Positions 40,197-50,771 of a stretch of 64,000 nucleotides of DNA are shown in pieces (positions within the stretch are counted from its first letter, which is position 1; each line of letters begins with the position of its first letter). Position numbers and translations under genes: made by a program. Source of the stretch: Planococcus sp. (in: firmicutes) (GTDB taxonomy: Bacteria; Bacillota; Bacilli; Bacillales_A; Planococcaceae); NCBI GenBank assembly GCA_035461005.1, contig DATHVZ010000152.1, positions 21,066-85,065 of the forward strand, read 5' to 3'. Below the pieces are notes generated by a model. That model was not told the origin of the DNA. It saw only the letters and a program-made list of their open reading frames with translations, and did no database searches.

Positions 40197-41495
40197 ATGA
40201 GCGAAGCAGCGAAAATGACACGGGCAACATACCACCTATACACGTTTACCATCAGCAAGCTTATAGCAACGTTCGGCAGTTCGGTTTACGCCTTTGGCAT
40301 CAGTTTATATGTGTTGGCACTTACCGGATCGGCCGCCAGTTTTGCCATCAACCTGATTTGCAGCATCCTTCCGAGAACCTTGCTGGCGCCTTTTGCGGGT
40401 TATATTGCCGACAATTATCCGAAAAAAGCGATAGTCATTCTGGCGCAGCTTGCCAGTGCCTTAGCTGTTGGCGGTTTGCTCCTCTATAGCATCACTGCCG
40501 GTTTGTCCCTGACAGCGATTTACACGACAACCGCGCTCATTTCAATCAGCTCCATGTTCGCCAGCGTCACATTTTCTTCTTCAATCGCAAACTTGATCGA
40601 TTCGGAACGCATCCAAAAAGCGATGGGCTTTAACCAATCTGCCATCGCCATTGCTACAATCGGCGGTCCTGTCATCGGGGGCATCCTGTTCGGATTTGTT
40701 TCGATGAATGTCTTTTTGATTATCCAGGTGGCTGCGTATTTGCTCGCTGTAGCACTTGAATCAACGATGGATTTCAAACTGTTTACGAACCGGGTTGCCG
40801 AAACGGCCGGGGAGGCGAAAAAATCCATGGTGGCGGGGATGAAGGAAGGCTTCGCGTATTTAAAATCGAACCGGGTAGTGATGGTGATTGTGACTGTCGC
40901 CATCGGCATCAATTTCTTCTTCTCGGCCCTGATGATCGGTTTGCCGTTTATCGCAGTGCAGGAACTGAAAATCCAGGCCACCCATTTCGGATTTATCGAA
41001 GCGATGATTGCCGTGGGAATGCTCATTTCATCCGTCTATTTCTCCGTGCGGAAAGAAGTGGAATTTCCGTTGCAGTTCGCGAAAAGAGGCATACTCGTAA
41101 TGTCGGTCCTATTGGCGGGAATGGCCTTGCCGCTGATGCTGGACTTTACGTACGCGGCAGCGGTGATTTACTTCCTGCTCTTGATGCTGGTGTTTGGCAT
41201 CACGAATGTATTCGTCAACACACCGATTGGGGTCATGATGCAAAAAGATGTGGAAGAAGAGTACCGGGGACGCGTCTTCGGCATTCTGGAATCGATGGCG
41301 ATGGCCATGATGCCGCTCGGCTATCTATTATTCGGGCTGCTGTATGATCTTGTTCCCGCCGAATATGTCGTCATCGGCAGCAGCGTCTGCCTGGTCGCTT
41401 TGACCAGTTATTTGATGCGCCCGTCCATTCTGAAACAGGCGCACCCGGAACTGGATAAAAAGGCATTTCCAGTGAGCCCCGAACTTCAGGAATAA
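40197..41495 (+). CDS. MFS transporter (macrolide-efflux/DHA3-like)
   Basis: FAGYIADNYPKK, VEEEYRGRVFG. Confidence 0.9.
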   Translation: MSEAAKMTRATYHLYTFTISKLIATFGSSVYAFGISLYVLALTGSAASFAINLICSILPRTLLAPFAGYIADNYPKKAIVILAQLASALAVGGLLLYSITAGLSLTAIYTTTALISISSMFASVTFSSSIANLIDSERIQKAMGFNQSAIAIATIGGPVIGGILFGFVSMNVFLIIQVAAYLLAVALESTMDFKLFTNRVAETAGEAKKSMVAGMKEGFAYLKSNRVVMVIVTVAIGINFFFSALMIGLPFIAVQELKIQATHFGFIEAMIAVGMLISSVYFSVRKEVEFPLQFAKRGILVMSVLLAGMALPLMLDFTYAAAVIYFLLLMLVFGITNVFVNTPIGVMMQKDVEEEYRGRVFGILESMAMAMMPLGYLLFGLLYDLVPAEYVVIGSSVCLVALTSYLMRPSILKQAHPELDKKAFPVSPELQE

Positions 41496-41530
41496 AATAT
41501 GGGACGAACTCTTTTGCGGCATCTGTTCAG

Positions 41531-41555
41531 GTTTACGATTATCCAGAAAGGGAAA
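41531..41555 (+). promoter_or_regulatory. SigB-type promoter
   Basis: GTTTAC-N13-GGGAAA. Confidence 0.7.
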
Positions 41556-41594
41556 ATCCAGAGAGACTTAACAATCTGGAAAGGATGATTCTGA

Positions 41595-42452
41595 ATGGAT
41601 AAGGGCAGACCGAAAATTGTTCCCGGACAGGAGCAAGCACGCCAGCCGGGATTTGAGAAAGAAATGGAACCGGCACCGAGTTACGATAACAATCTGGCCG
41701 GAAAGGCTCAGCGCCTTCCCGGCAAAAAAGCGATGATTACCGGAGGGGACAGCGGCATCGGCCGGGCGATTGCCTTAGCTTACGCGAAAGAAGGCGCAGA
41801 TGTTGCCGTCATGTATCTGGATGAACACGAAGATGCCGAAGAAACGAAGGGTCTCATCGAGCAGGTAGGTGGGAAATGCCTGCTGATTGCCGGCGATATC
41901 GGAGACGAAACCTTCTGCAAAGAAAGTGTCCAAAAAGTGGTGGATGAATTCGGCGGGCTGGATATTCTGGTGAATAACGCAGCCGAGCAGCATATGCAGA
42001 CGTCACTAAAGGATATCAGCGCTGAACAGCTGGAACGGACTTTCCGGACCAATGTCTTCAGTATGTTCTATTTAACGAAAGCCGCATTGGAATATATGAA
42101 GCGCGGCGCTTCCATCATCAATACGACTTCCATCACCGCTTTCCGCGGCGAGCCGACATTAATCGATTACTCCTCGACAAAAGGGGCAATTCTGTCGTTC
42201 ACCCGCGCATTATCCGGGTCATTGGCGGAAGAAGGAATCCGCGTCAACGGCGTCGCGCCGGGACCAATCTGGACGCCGCTCATCCCGGCATCATTCCCGT
42301 CAGACAAAGTCGAAGGATTCGGCAGCACGACGCCGCTCGGGCGACCTGGGCAACCGGATGAACTCGCACCGGGCTTTGTTTACCTCGCTTCCGACGATTC
42401 CTCCTATGTAACGGGGCAGGTATTGCATATTAACGGCGGAACGCCTTACTGA
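41595..42452 (+). CDS. SDR oxidoreductase (general stress YdaD/YhdF-like)
   Basis: ITGGDSGIG, NNAAEQ, YSSTKG, PGPIWTPLIP. Confidence 0.93.
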   Translation: MDKGRPKIVPGQEQARQPGFEKEMEPAPSYDNNLAGKAQRLPGKKAMITGGDSGIGRAIALAYAKEGADVAVMYLDEHEDAEETKGLIEQVGGKCLLIAGDIGDETFCKESVQKVVDEFGGLDILVNNAAEQHMQTSLKDISAEQLERTFRTNVFSMFYLTKAALEYMKRGASIINTTSITAFRGEPTLIDYSSTKGAILSFTRALSGSLAEEGIRVNGVAPGPIWTPLIPASFPSDKVEGFGSTTPLGRPGQPDELAPGFVYLASDDSSYVTGQVLHINGGTPY

Positions 42453-42474
42453 ATAAGAAAAGCAAGCACCCCGG

Positions 42475-43656
42475 TCATGCTGGAGTGCTTGCTTTTTTTG
42501 GCGTTTTTAAAGTTTTCAGGGAACCACGGTAAAGGAAGATCAACAGGATGCTGGCAATCGCCAATGCGCCGGACAGGAAATAGATCGAACCGGCCTGCAT
42601 GGTCAACATCCAGGTAAAGAACAGAGGACCGATAATGCGTCCCAAATTGTCCATCGAATAGGTCATCCCGGCCGCTGTTCCGTATTTGCCGCCGGATTCT
42701 TTCGAGGTCAAGGACACAAGAGCGGTCCGTGAAAGAGCGTTGCCGGCTGTGAAAATGCTAAGCGCGACGCCTGCGAAGACCAGGCTGGTAGTGAATGGCA
42801 ACAGCAGCAAGCCGACAGCGGCGACGATTTGGGCCCAGATGATCCATGTCGTTTCTGCGCCGTCTTTTATTCTGCGGACGACGCCGCCCTGGATTGCTGC
42901 ATCAACAAAGCCGCTGGCGATGAATAAATAACCGAGTTGCAGCGGCGTGATTGCAATCTGGTCAATTTGGAACAACTGGAAAGTGGATTCCAGGCCGGCC
43001 AGAAGGAACGTCACCATGAACGACATCAGGAACAAATAACGGATCCGGAATTGCCATAAGGTGCTTGCGCCTTTCGGGAGCAAAGCGCGTTTCGTCGCTT
43101 CGCCCTGCCGCACCGGTTCTTTCAAAACCAGGCTGGCGTAAACCATGAGCAATAGCACCAGCGCAGCAGACGTGGTAAACGGCAATGTCAGTGACACTGT
43201 CCCGAGCAAGCCGCCGATCGCCGGACCGAAAATGAAGCCAAGGCCGATTGACATCCCGAGGAGGCCCATGTATTTATTGCGTTCCTCATCTGTCGTGATA
43301 TCAGCAACATACCCTGTTACCGCAGTATACAGGGCGCCGGAGAAAAGTCCGCCGATGATGCGCGACATATAAAGCAGCGCCAGGTTATCGAGGAACAGCG
43401 AGAACAGGAAAAAGCTCAGGCTGAAGCCGGCAAGACCGATCAAAATCAGTTTCTTTCTGCCGGTGCGGTCTGACAGTTTCCCCCATAAAGGAGCGGTGAA
43501 AAAGGACGATAATGCATATATCGTAATGAGGCCTCCAACATGGATTTCGCTGTAACCCTGCTGGATAATCACCTCCGGAAGGATAGGGATGATAATGCCG
43601 AATCCCAGATATACGAAAAACTGGACCGACATCAGCAATAAAATAGTCTTCTTCAT
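42475..43656 (-). CDS. MFS transporter (TetA/DHA1-like)
   Basis: WGKLSDRTGRK motif A, GPAIGG motif C. Confidence 0.92.
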   Translation of the reverse strand: MKKTILLLMSVQFFVYLGFGIIIPILPEVIIQQGYSEIHVGGLITIYALSSFFTAPLWGKLSDRTGRKKLILIGLAGFSLSFFLFSLFLDNLALLYMSRIIGGLFSGALYTAVTGYVADITTDEERNKYMGLLGMSIGLGFIFGPAIGGLLGTVSLTLPFTTSAALVLLLMVYASLVLKEPVRQGEATKRALLPKGASTLWQFRIRYLFLMSFMVTFLLAGLESTFQLFQIDQIAITPLQLGYLFIASGFVDAAIQGGVVRRIKDGAETTWIIWAQIVAAVGLLLLPFTTSLVFAGVALSIFTAGNALSRTALVSLTSKESGGKYGTAAGMTYSMDNLGRIIGPLFFTWMLTMQAGSIYFLSGALAIASILLIFLYRGSLKTLKTPKKASTPA

Positions 43657-43796
43657 AAAATGAATTCCTGCTTTCTAAAAAGGCTGTGGTTTCAGTTTAC
43701 TCCTGTTCGGAGCGAAGGTAAATGAAAGGAATGGAGTCGGCGGTTTTTATTGTGGGGGAGAGGGGGTTTTGGAGTTTCTTCAGCCGGAAAATGGGT

Positions 43797-43934
43797 AAGC
43801 CGCACCTCAAACGGTTCAACCCGCACCCCAAACCGATCAAGCCGCACCTCGGCCAAGCCGAACCGCACCTCAAAGCAAAGCTTCCGCACCTCACCGGGAA
43901 TATTCCGCACCCCAATCGAATCAAGCCGCACCTC
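43797..43934. repeat. 7-unit array, 9-bp conserved core every 21 bp
   Basis: CCGCACCYC at 43800, 43821, 43842, 43863, 43884, 43905, 43926 with variable 12-nt spacers. Confidence 0.92.
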
Positions 43935-43951
43935 GCCTCAAAAAAGCCAAC

Positions 43952-43986
43952 AAAAAACCCGCTCCTCAAATTAAAAGGGAGCGGGT
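43952..43986 (-). terminator. intrinsic terminator of copA
   Basis: ACCCGCTCC...GGAGCGGGT followed by T tract on the minus strand. Confidence 0.8.
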
Positions 43987-43992
43987 CGAACG

Positions 43993-46380
43993 TTATTTTT
44001 CCAATTTAACACGCTGCAAACGCAGCGCGTTCATGACGACGGATACGGAACTGAATGCCATCGCTGCACCCGCGAGCCACGGTGCCAAAAATCCGGCAGC
44101 GGCAATCGGAATGCCGAGTGAGTTATAAGCAAGCGCCCAGAAAAGGTTCTGCTTGATATTTTTCACCGTCAGGCGGCTCATGCGTACGGCATCGACCACG
44201 CGCATCAGATCGCCTTGCATCAACGTAACATCTGAAGCTTCGATGGCAATAGCTGTGCCGGTGCCCATTGCCATCCCGATATCAGCTGTGGCAAGAGCGG
44301 GAGCGTCGTTCAAACCGTCACCGGCCATCGCGACTTTGCGACCTTCTTTTTGAAGTTTCGCAACAACATCCGCTTTTTCAGCCGGTAGCACGCCGGAAAT
44401 GACATCATCAATGCCAACCTGGCGTGCAATTGCCTGCGCGGTCCGTTCCTGGTCACCCGTCAGCATAACAACCCGCAAACCGAGTTTCTTCATTTCGCCT
44501 ATCGCTTCAGCAGCATTGTCTTTAATTGTGTCGGCAACCGCGATCAAACCGGCGAATTTTCCATCGACCGCCATATACATGACCGTTTTGCCATCATCTT
44601 CGAGTAACGCTGCCTGTGAATCATTAATTTCGATAAGATCCATCAGTCTGCGGTTGCCCATCAAAACCTCCCGGCCATCGACGGAAGCCCGTATGCCGTG
44701 GCCTGGAACCGCTTCAAAGCGGTTGACGGACATATTGGCAAGGCCGTAATCAGCGATTGCTTGCGCCACTGGATGCTCCGATTGGCTTTCTGCGCTTGCC
44801 GCCAGGTTTTTCAATTCTTCCATATCAAAACCTTCCGCGCCAATAAAATCAGTGACGACGGGGCGGCCGTTTGTGATGGTACCCGTTTTATCGAGAACAA
44901 TTGTATCGATGTGTTTCGTATTTTCAAGCGATTCGGCTGTTTTGAACAGGACGCCCTGTTCTGCTGCGCGCCCTGAACCGGCCATAATCGAAGTCGGTGT
45001 TGCGAGTCCCAACGCACATGGGCAGGCGATGACGAGAACCGCGATGGTACTTTCAAGCGCGGCACCAACATTACCTGGTGATACAAGGAAGTACCAGACG
45101 ATAAACGTGACGATTGCAATTCCGACCACAATCGGCACGAAAATGCCGGAAATCTGGTCGGCAATCCGTTGAATCGGCGCTTTCGAGCCCTGCGCCTGTT
45201 CCACCACTCGAATGATATTCGACAACACCGTATCTTTGCCAACTTTTTCAGCTTTAACGCGCAAAGAGCCATTGGAGTTGACGGTAGCTGCATAAACCGG
45301 ATTTCCGGATTCCTTATCGACCGGCAGGCTTTCGCCCGTCAGCATCGATTCGTCGACAGCGGAGTTGCCGGAAATGACGGCTGCGTCGACCGGAATCGAA
45401 GCGCCGGGTTTGATCAAGAGGATGTCTCCAACGCGGACTTCGGATATCGGTGTCACAACTGCTTCACCGCTGCGCTCCACCAACGCTGTTTCCGGCTGCA
45501 GTTTCATCAATTTCTTGATGGCGTCGGAAGAACGGCCTTTGGCGCGCGCTTCGAATACTTTACCGAGCAGGATCAGCGTAATTAAGATCGCGCTTGTCTC
45601 GAAGTACAGTCCAACCATATGGGCGCTGCCAAGATGGGCGAAGACTAAATAGACGCTGTAAAAATAAGCGGCGGATGTTCCGAGTGCTACGAGAACATCC
45701 ATATTGGCGCTCTTATTCTTTAACGCGAAATAGGCACCTTTATAGAAGGTGGCCCCGATCCAGAATTGAACCGGTGTAGCTAACGCCCACTGCACAAAGG
45801 GGTTCATCAGAAAATCAGGCACATACATCCAGGAAGTGAAGGTGAAGTGGCTGACCATCGTCCACAGGAGCGGCAGCGACAGTGCTGCAGAAATCCAGAA
45901 CAATCGTGTTTTCTTGCGGATTTCCTGTGACTTATAATCCTCAGCTTCTTCATTTTCCTGGTTGAGCACGGCATCATAGCCCATTGATTGAATCTTTTTG
46001 ACAAAATCTTCAGGAGATAATGTGTTTGGGTTGTATTCGACATGGCCCGTTTCCATCGCCAGATTGACATTGGCGATGTTGACGCCATCCATTTTGTTCA
46101 ATACTTTTTCGATGCGGGCGGAACAATTGGCGCAGGTCATGCCCTGGATGGTGAAATCCACTTCATCCTGGCGCACGCCATAGCCCAGCTGCTCCACTTT
46201 CTGTTCCATATCTTGTAAAGATGCCTGCTCGCCGTCGTATATGATAGAAGCTTTTTCCGTGGCGAAATTGACCGTTGCTTTGCTGACACCGGGCATTTTT
46301 TGCAACCCTTTTTCGACACGGTTGGCACAGGCGGCGCAGGTCATTCCTGTTATGGCCAATTCGGTTTGTTTTTCTGGCAT
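43993..46380 (-). CDS. copA: copper-translocating P1B-type ATPase
   Basis: Two GMTCxxC HMA domains, [29 protein letters not shown]. Confidence 0.96.
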   Translation of the reverse strand: MPEKQTELAITGMTCAACANRVEKGLQKMPGVSKATVNFATEKASIIYDGEQASLQDMEQKVEQLGYGVRQDEVDFTIQGMTCANCSARIEKVLNKMDGVNIANVNLAMETGHVEYNPNTLSPEDFVKKIQSMGYDAVLNQENEEAEDYKSQEIRKKTRLFWISAALSLPLLWTMVSHFTFTSWMYVPDFLMNPFVQWALATPVQFWIGATFYKGAYFALKNKSANMDVLVALGTSAAYFYSVYLVFAHLGSAHMVGLYFETSAILITLILLGKVFEARAKGRSSDAIKKLMKLQPETALVERSGEAVVTPISEVRVGDILLIKPGASIPVDAAVISGNSAVDESMLTGESLPVDKESGNPVYAATVNSNGSLRVKAEKVGKDTVLSNIIRVVEQAQGSKAPIQRIADQISGIFVPIVVGIAIVTFIVWYFLVSPGNVGAALESTIAVLVIACPCALGLATPTSIMAGSGRAAEQGVLFKTAESLENTKHIDTIVLDKTGTITNGRPVVTDFIGAEGFDMEELKNLAASAESQSEHPVAQAIADYGLANMSVNRFEAVPGHGIRASVDGREVLMGNRRLMDLIEINDSQAALLEDDGKTVMYMAVDGKFAGLIAVADTIKDNAAEAIGEMKKLGLRVVMLTGDQERTAQAIARQVGIDDVISGVLPAEKADVVAKLQKEGRKVAMAGDGLNDAPALATADIGMAMGTGTAIAIEASDVTLMQGDLMRVVDAVRMSRLTVKNIKQNLFWALAYNSLGIPIAAAGFLAPWLAGAAMAFSSVSVVMNALRLQRVKLEK

Positions 46381-46395
46381 TGCTAGTCACTCCTT

Positions 46396-46412
46396 ATACC
46401 TTATAGGGGTAT
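46396..46412. promoter_or_regulatory. CsoR operator adjacent to the copA RBS
   Basis: ATACCTTATAGGGGTAT. Confidence 0.75.
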
Positions 46413-46449
46413 ATATTCCCTTAAAAAAATAACTGCGTTTCCGCAGTCA

Positions 46450-46668
46450 TTAATTTGTGGATACTACATCGTAGCCCTGTTCTTCAATCGTTTCCGCAAT
46501 TTTAGCAGCTTCAAGAGATGGATTCGAGTAAGAAACATCGACCGAACCGCTTTCAAGCGATACGTCCACTTTTTCAACGCCATCCAGTTCCATTACACTT
46601 TCCGTTACAGCTTTTACGCAATGCTGGCAGCTCATGCCGCTCACTTGCAGATTTATCGTTTTTGTCAT
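46450..46668 (-). CDS. copZ: copper chaperone
   Basis: GMSCQHC; EQGYDV. Confidence 0.95.
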   Translation of the reverse strand: MTKTINLQVSGMSCQHCVKAVTESVMELDGVEKVDVSLESGSVDVSYSNPSLEAAKIAETIEEQGYDVVSTN

Positions 46669-46684
46669 TTAAAATTCCTCCTTA

Positions 46685-47008
46685 TTATTTTCGCATCATT
46701 TTTTGAATCGTGACAAGTAATTCGTCCAAAATTTCTTCATCGCCTTCTGCCAGCCGGTCTACGACACAGCCCTTCAGGTGGCCTTCAAGCAATAGCTTTG
46801 TAACGCCATTCAGCGCAGACTGGGTGGCTGCCAGCTGCGTGATGATATCATCGCAATAGACATCTTTTTCCACCATCCCTTTGATGCCGCGGATCTGGCC
46901 TTCCACCCGGCTCAGACGATTTGTAAGATCACGTTTGACAATAGGGGGATGATGACTTTTTCTGCAGGCTTGGGCGGTAACGGGAGCATCATTCAATAAT
47001 TCGCTCAT
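46685..47008 (-). CDS. csoR: copper-sensing repressor
   Basis: RLSRVEGQIRGI..YCDDI..HLKGC (C-H-C). Confidence 0.95.
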   Translation of the reverse strand: MSELLNDAPVTAQACRKSHHPPIVKRDLTNRLSRVEGQIRGIKGMVEKDVYCDDIITQLAATQSALNGVTKLLLEGHLKGCVVDRLAEGDEEILDELLVTIQKMMRK

Positions 47009-47042
47009 AGGCTAATCCTCCATGTCCTTTGATAATTCCAAT

Positions 47043-47059
47043 ATACCCCTGCCAGGTAT
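47043..47059. promoter_or_regulatory. CsoR operator upstream of csoR
   Basis: ATACCCCTGCCAGGTAT. Confidence 0.75.
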
Positions 47060-47236
47060 ATGAGTCAAGGGATTTACAATCTTGCAACTTTGTAATGAAA
47101 ATGAAAAGTTTAAAAGCTTGAAAAGATGGTATTATATAGATAGACACAGAAATGTCAACTTTTTAACTGTTTTGATGAATCTATTTGGGATTTACATACG
47201 TTAATATAAATGAAGGAATATGGAGAGGTGATATGG

Positions 47237-47377
47237 ATGGCGAAGGAAGTAGAAGTTCGCAATATCGTTTCAAATTTATCGAAACTGGGAATCCAAGCAA
47301 AAATCACAAAATCACGCACCGAATTATTGAAAGCACTTGCATTGCCGCAACCCCCGCGAACACAATCACAATCTTAA
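47237..47377 (+). CDS. 46-aa Lmo0850-family small protein (not in ORF track)
   Basis: GAGGTG RBS; MAKEVEVRNIVSNLSKLGIQAKITKSRTELLKALALPQPPRTQSQS; terminator follows. Confidence 0.8.
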   Translation: MAKEVEVRNIVSNLSKLGIQAKITKSRTELLKALALPQPPRTQSQS

Positions 47378-47380
47378 TGT

Positions 47381-47413
47381 AAAAACTCCGACGCTATCCG
47401 CGTCGGAGTTTTT
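47381..47413. terminator. bidirectional intrinsic terminator
   Basis: AAAAACTCCGACGC...GCGTCGGAGTTTTT. Confidence 0.8.
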
Positions 47414-48599
47414 ATTGGTCTTCTTTGTCGTTGCCGAACATATATGTTTTGTGATGGAACTTCATACTGAAGACGATACCGATTGCCATCATATTCCCGA
47501 TCAGTGAACTTCCCCCGTAACTGATGAACGGCAATGGAATGCCGGTGATCGGCAAGAGCTGGATCGTCATCCCGATATTCTGGAAAACGTGGAACGTCAC
47601 CATGGCGATAATGCCCGCGCAAACATAAGTGCTGAACGTATCTTTCAGTTCCAACGTGATTTTCGTCAGGTGATAAATCAGCATGAAGAACAGGATGATG
47701 ACCACGCTGGCTCCGATAAAGCCGAAATCCTCTGAAATGACGGTGAAGATGAAATCTGTATGATTTTCGGGCACGTATACTTCACGGCCCTGATAGCCTT
47801 TACCGAAAACTTCACCGGAACCGATGGCGTTCATGGCAGCAATCAGGTTATAACCCTCGTTGTCTGCATAGGAATAGGGGTCAAGCCATGTGTAGATCCG
47901 GGCGAATGCATAGGGTTGGATGCCGAATGTATTGGTCAGGAATTCCTGTGCATTGATCGTCATCCACAGAAGAGTCGTGCCGATGACCGCCACGCTGCCG
48001 AAACTCGGAAGAATGATCTTCCACGAGATTCCAGAAACGACGATAATCGCCAGTGTAATGGCAATAAAAACAAGGGCGGTCCCCAAATCAGGCTGTTGGA
48101 GGATGAACATCAGCGGAATGAAAAGGAAAAAGCCGATTTTCCCCAAAAGTACCAAATCGGACTTCACCGTTTTTAATGAAAATTTCTCGTGATGGGATGA
48201 AATCATTTTTGCCAGCGCCAATATATAGAAGGTTTTCATAAACTCAGCAGGCTGTATATTGACCACAGGCGTATGGAACCAGGCTTTGGCGCCGTTAACG
48301 GGTTCGCCAATCTGGCCAGGGCCATCCGGGGCGATCATCAAAAGAATCAATGTGAATATCCCGAAACCGTAAAGATAATAGGCCATTTTCTTATATTGCT
48401 CCGGCTCGAAATACATCAGTATACCAATCAGGCCGATGGAAACGATGTAAAATAGGCCTTGCCTCGGTACGAAATTCACATTGTATTGGCCGGAAGTCTG
48501 AGCGGAAGAAATCGCAATCAGACTGACGATGAAAAAGAGGAATAATATGAAAGCGAGCGACCAGTCAATCCGGTCGGCAAAGCTTTTATTTGTCTGCAT
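47412..48599 (-). CDS. rodA: SEDS protein RodA/FtsW
   Basis: IQPAEFMK, QPDLGT, PENHTDFIF, GIPLPFISYGGSS. Confidence 0.9.
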   Translation of the reverse strand: MQTNKSFADRIDWSLAFILFLFFIVSLIAISSAQTSGQYNVNFVPRQGLFYIVSIGLIGILMYFEPEQYKKMAYYLYGFGIFTLILLMIAPDGPGQIGEPVNGAKAWFHTPVVNIQPAEFMKTFYILALAKMISSHHEKFSLKTVKSDLVLLGKIGFFLFIPLMFILQQPDLGTALVFIAITLAIIVVSGISWKIILPSFGSVAVIGTTLLWMTINAQEFLTNTFGIQPYAFARIYTWLDPYSYADNEGYNLIAAMNAIGSGEVFGKGYQGREVYVPENHTDFIFTVISEDFGFIGASVVIILFFMLIYHLTKITLELKDTFSTYVCAGIIAMVTFHVFQNIGMTIQLLPITGIPLPFISYGGSSLIGNMMAIGIVFSMKFHHKTYMFGNDKEDQ

Positions 48600-48757
48600 G
48601 TGCGTTCACCTGTACTTTTTATTATTGAGAGTCGGTTTACATTATAACTTATTCTTGAAGTTTATGCGTGTTACTAAAGTAATGACGCCGATTAAGTTCA
48701 GATGTTTCGTATTTAAGATGCTAGCCCGTATAATGGGTGAGGAATGGAGTGGAGGAA

Positions 48758-49528
48758 ATGGTGAAGAAAGAGAATACTACGGAACATTATGTTCAGCATT
48801 TATATATCTATCTGAATGATGCTGATCAATTTGCCTTGTTCAGCGGCCTGACCTTCGCCCAGTTTATGGATGCTATAAAGATGCCCAAGAACCTACTGCT
48901 GCTAAAGCATTCTTATGAAGATGCTTCTTATAATATGCATACCCAGATGGAATTCGCTTCACAGGAGGAATTTCCGGAGCTGCGCAAATCCAGGGCAGCC
49001 AAGGAAGGGGAGTTCTGCTGGATCGATTTCCGCAGTGAAAAACAATTGAATTCCCTGACTCCGCAGGAACAGGCGGAACTATTGTATATAGGCCATAAAA
49101 AAGAGACGGTGCGGTCGCCTTTTTATTCAACCTTATTGAACGAATTTGTCTATTTGTCGAGCGGTGATGAGCAGACAACCAAAATATATTTCCGCAATCT
49201 GGAGCGGCTGAACGAATTGGTCGGGAATTATTTTATCCAGCAGATCCGGCGGGAAGACAATGGCCAGAATTTTTGGCGGCGCAAAGCGAAGGATATGATA
49301 CCCGAGTTGCCTGATGAAATCCTGAAATCAATAAAGGAATATTATCGCGAAGGCATCCTCATTTCACTTGCCGATCCGGAAAAGACGAAGAACACGATTG
49401 AATTGCATATCCGTCAGGTCGAAGAAATCGCCTTTATGGACGATTTTTGGTCGGATATAGATGAATACACCAAGCAGGAAGTGATGCGGAAAATTGTCTA
49501 TGACCGCAAACTTAAGCAATGGAAATAA
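48758..49528 (+). CDS. conserved hypothetical protein
   Basis: GGAGG RBS, long ORF; NLLLLKH, FCWIDF, AELLY.GH, SPF motifs. Confidence 0.8.
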   Translation: MVKKENTTEHYVQHLYIYLNDADQFALFSGLTFAQFMDAIKMPKNLLLLKHSYEDASYNMHTQMEFASQEEFPELRKSRAAKEGEFCWIDFRSEKQLNSLTPQEQAELLYIGHKKETVRSPFYSTLLNEFVYLSSGDEQTTKIYFRNLERLNELVGNYFIQQIRREDNGQNFWRRKAKDMIPELPDEILKSIKEYYREGILISLADPEKTKNTIELHIRQVEEIAFMDDFWSDIDEYTKQEVMRKIVYDRKLKQWK

Positions 49529-49688
49529 GAGATATAGAGGCTTAACACTCTCAGGCTGCCGGGAATACCGGCAGCTTTTTCAATTGGGATAAAGATGGAA
49601 ATCGCTTTCTTTTCAGGAAATAATTTTTCGTATAAACCTCTTCGTGATAAACTAAAGAATATTGAAAAACGAAATGAGGTTTATTGGG

Positions 49689-50759
49689 ATGAAAAAAAAG
49701 GTCGGTTTATTATATGGCGGAAAATCCGCAGAGCATGAAGTTTCCCTTTCAACGGCACAGGCAGTTACAAAAGCCTTGAATTTTGATAAATACGAAGTCT
49801 ATCCAGTTTATATCACCCAGGAAGGGGAATGGCGTAAAGGCGCATCTCTTGCAGGTCCGGCAGGCAGCATTGAGCAATTGCAGCTTGGACAAGGAAATTC
49901 TGCGCCAAATGATATTTCGGGATTTCTTCCTGCAGAACAGGAAAATGGCCTCGATGTCATCATTCCTTTGCTTCACGGACCTAATGGTGAAGATGGAACA
50001 GTGCAGGGATTGCTGGAAGTCATGAACCTTCCATATGCTGGGAATGGTGTGTTGGCTTCCTCTGCCGGTATGGACAAAGTCGTCATGAAGCAATTATTTG
50101 AGATTGCTGGTTTGAAACAGACGCCTTATGTGTATTTTATAAGAAGAGATTGGAAAAATAGCCAGGGGGAATTGGTACAGAAAATCGCTGGCGAATTACA
50201 ATGGCCGGTATTCGTCAAGCCGGCAAACCTGGGGTCGAGTGTCGGTATCAACAAGGCTGAAAACGAAAATGAGCTTATCGCCGCTGTAAATGAGGCTTTG
50301 AAATTTGACCGGAAAATCGTGGTCGAGCAAGGCGTCAATGCCCGTGAAATTGAAATCGGTGTGCTGGGCAATGATACTCCGGAATGTTCGGTGGCTGGTG
50401 AAATCAAGCCATTGAAAGCCTTCTACGATTACCAGGCGAAATATAAAGATGGCAATACGGCCATGATCATTCCGGCTGAACTTAACGAAGACGTCTACGC
50501 GGAACTCGTGGAGTCGGCGAAAAAAGCCTTCAAAATCCTGGATTGCTCAGGATTGGTGCGCGCTGACTTTTTCGTAACAGCGGACAACGAAATCCTGATC
50601 AACGAAGTGAATACATTGCCTGGGTTTACGCCGTTCAGCATGTTCCCTCTATTATGGGAAAATACAGGGATGGCTTACCCGGATTTGATTGAAAAGCTTA
50701 TCGACCTTGCCATTGAACGCTATGAGGAAAAACAATTACTGCAAGTAAAAATGGATTGA
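49689..50759 (+). CDS. ddl: D-alanine--D-alanine ligase
   Basis: [37 protein letters not shown]. Confidence 0.97.
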   Translation: MKKKVGLLYGGKSAEHEVSLSTAQAVTKALNFDKYEVYPVYITQEGEWRKGASLAGPAGSIEQLQLGQGNSAPNDISGFLPAEQENGLDVIIPLLHGPNGEDGTVQGLLEVMNLPYAGNGVLASSAGMDKVVMKQLFEIAGLKQTPYVYFIRRDWKNSQGELVQKIAGELQWPVFVKPANLGSSVGINKAENENELIAAVNEALKFDRKIVVEQGVNAREIEIGVLGNDTPECSVAGEIKPLKAFYDYQAKYKDGNTAMIIPAELNEDVYAELVESAKKAFKILDCSGLVRADFFVTADNEILINEVNTLPGFTPFSMFPLLWENTGMAYPDLIEKLIDLAIERYEEKQLLQVKMD

Positions 50760-50771
50760 GTGGAGAAACCG

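Noticed and set aside
43797-43934. CRISPR array
   Set aside because: The 9-bp repeat and 12-bp spacers are far too short, and there are no cas genes or leader. Kept as an unexplained phased array.
43692-44009. Four overlapping ORFs (74-95 aa) across the array
   Set aside because: Frames stay open because the period is a multiple of 3. RBSs are weak and synonymous sites are invariant in the two repeat-peptide frames, so none was called as CDS.
47185-47382. 65-aa plus ORF in the track
   Set aside because: Wrong frame; the 46-aa ORF at 47237-47377 has the RBS and the Lmo0850-like sequence.
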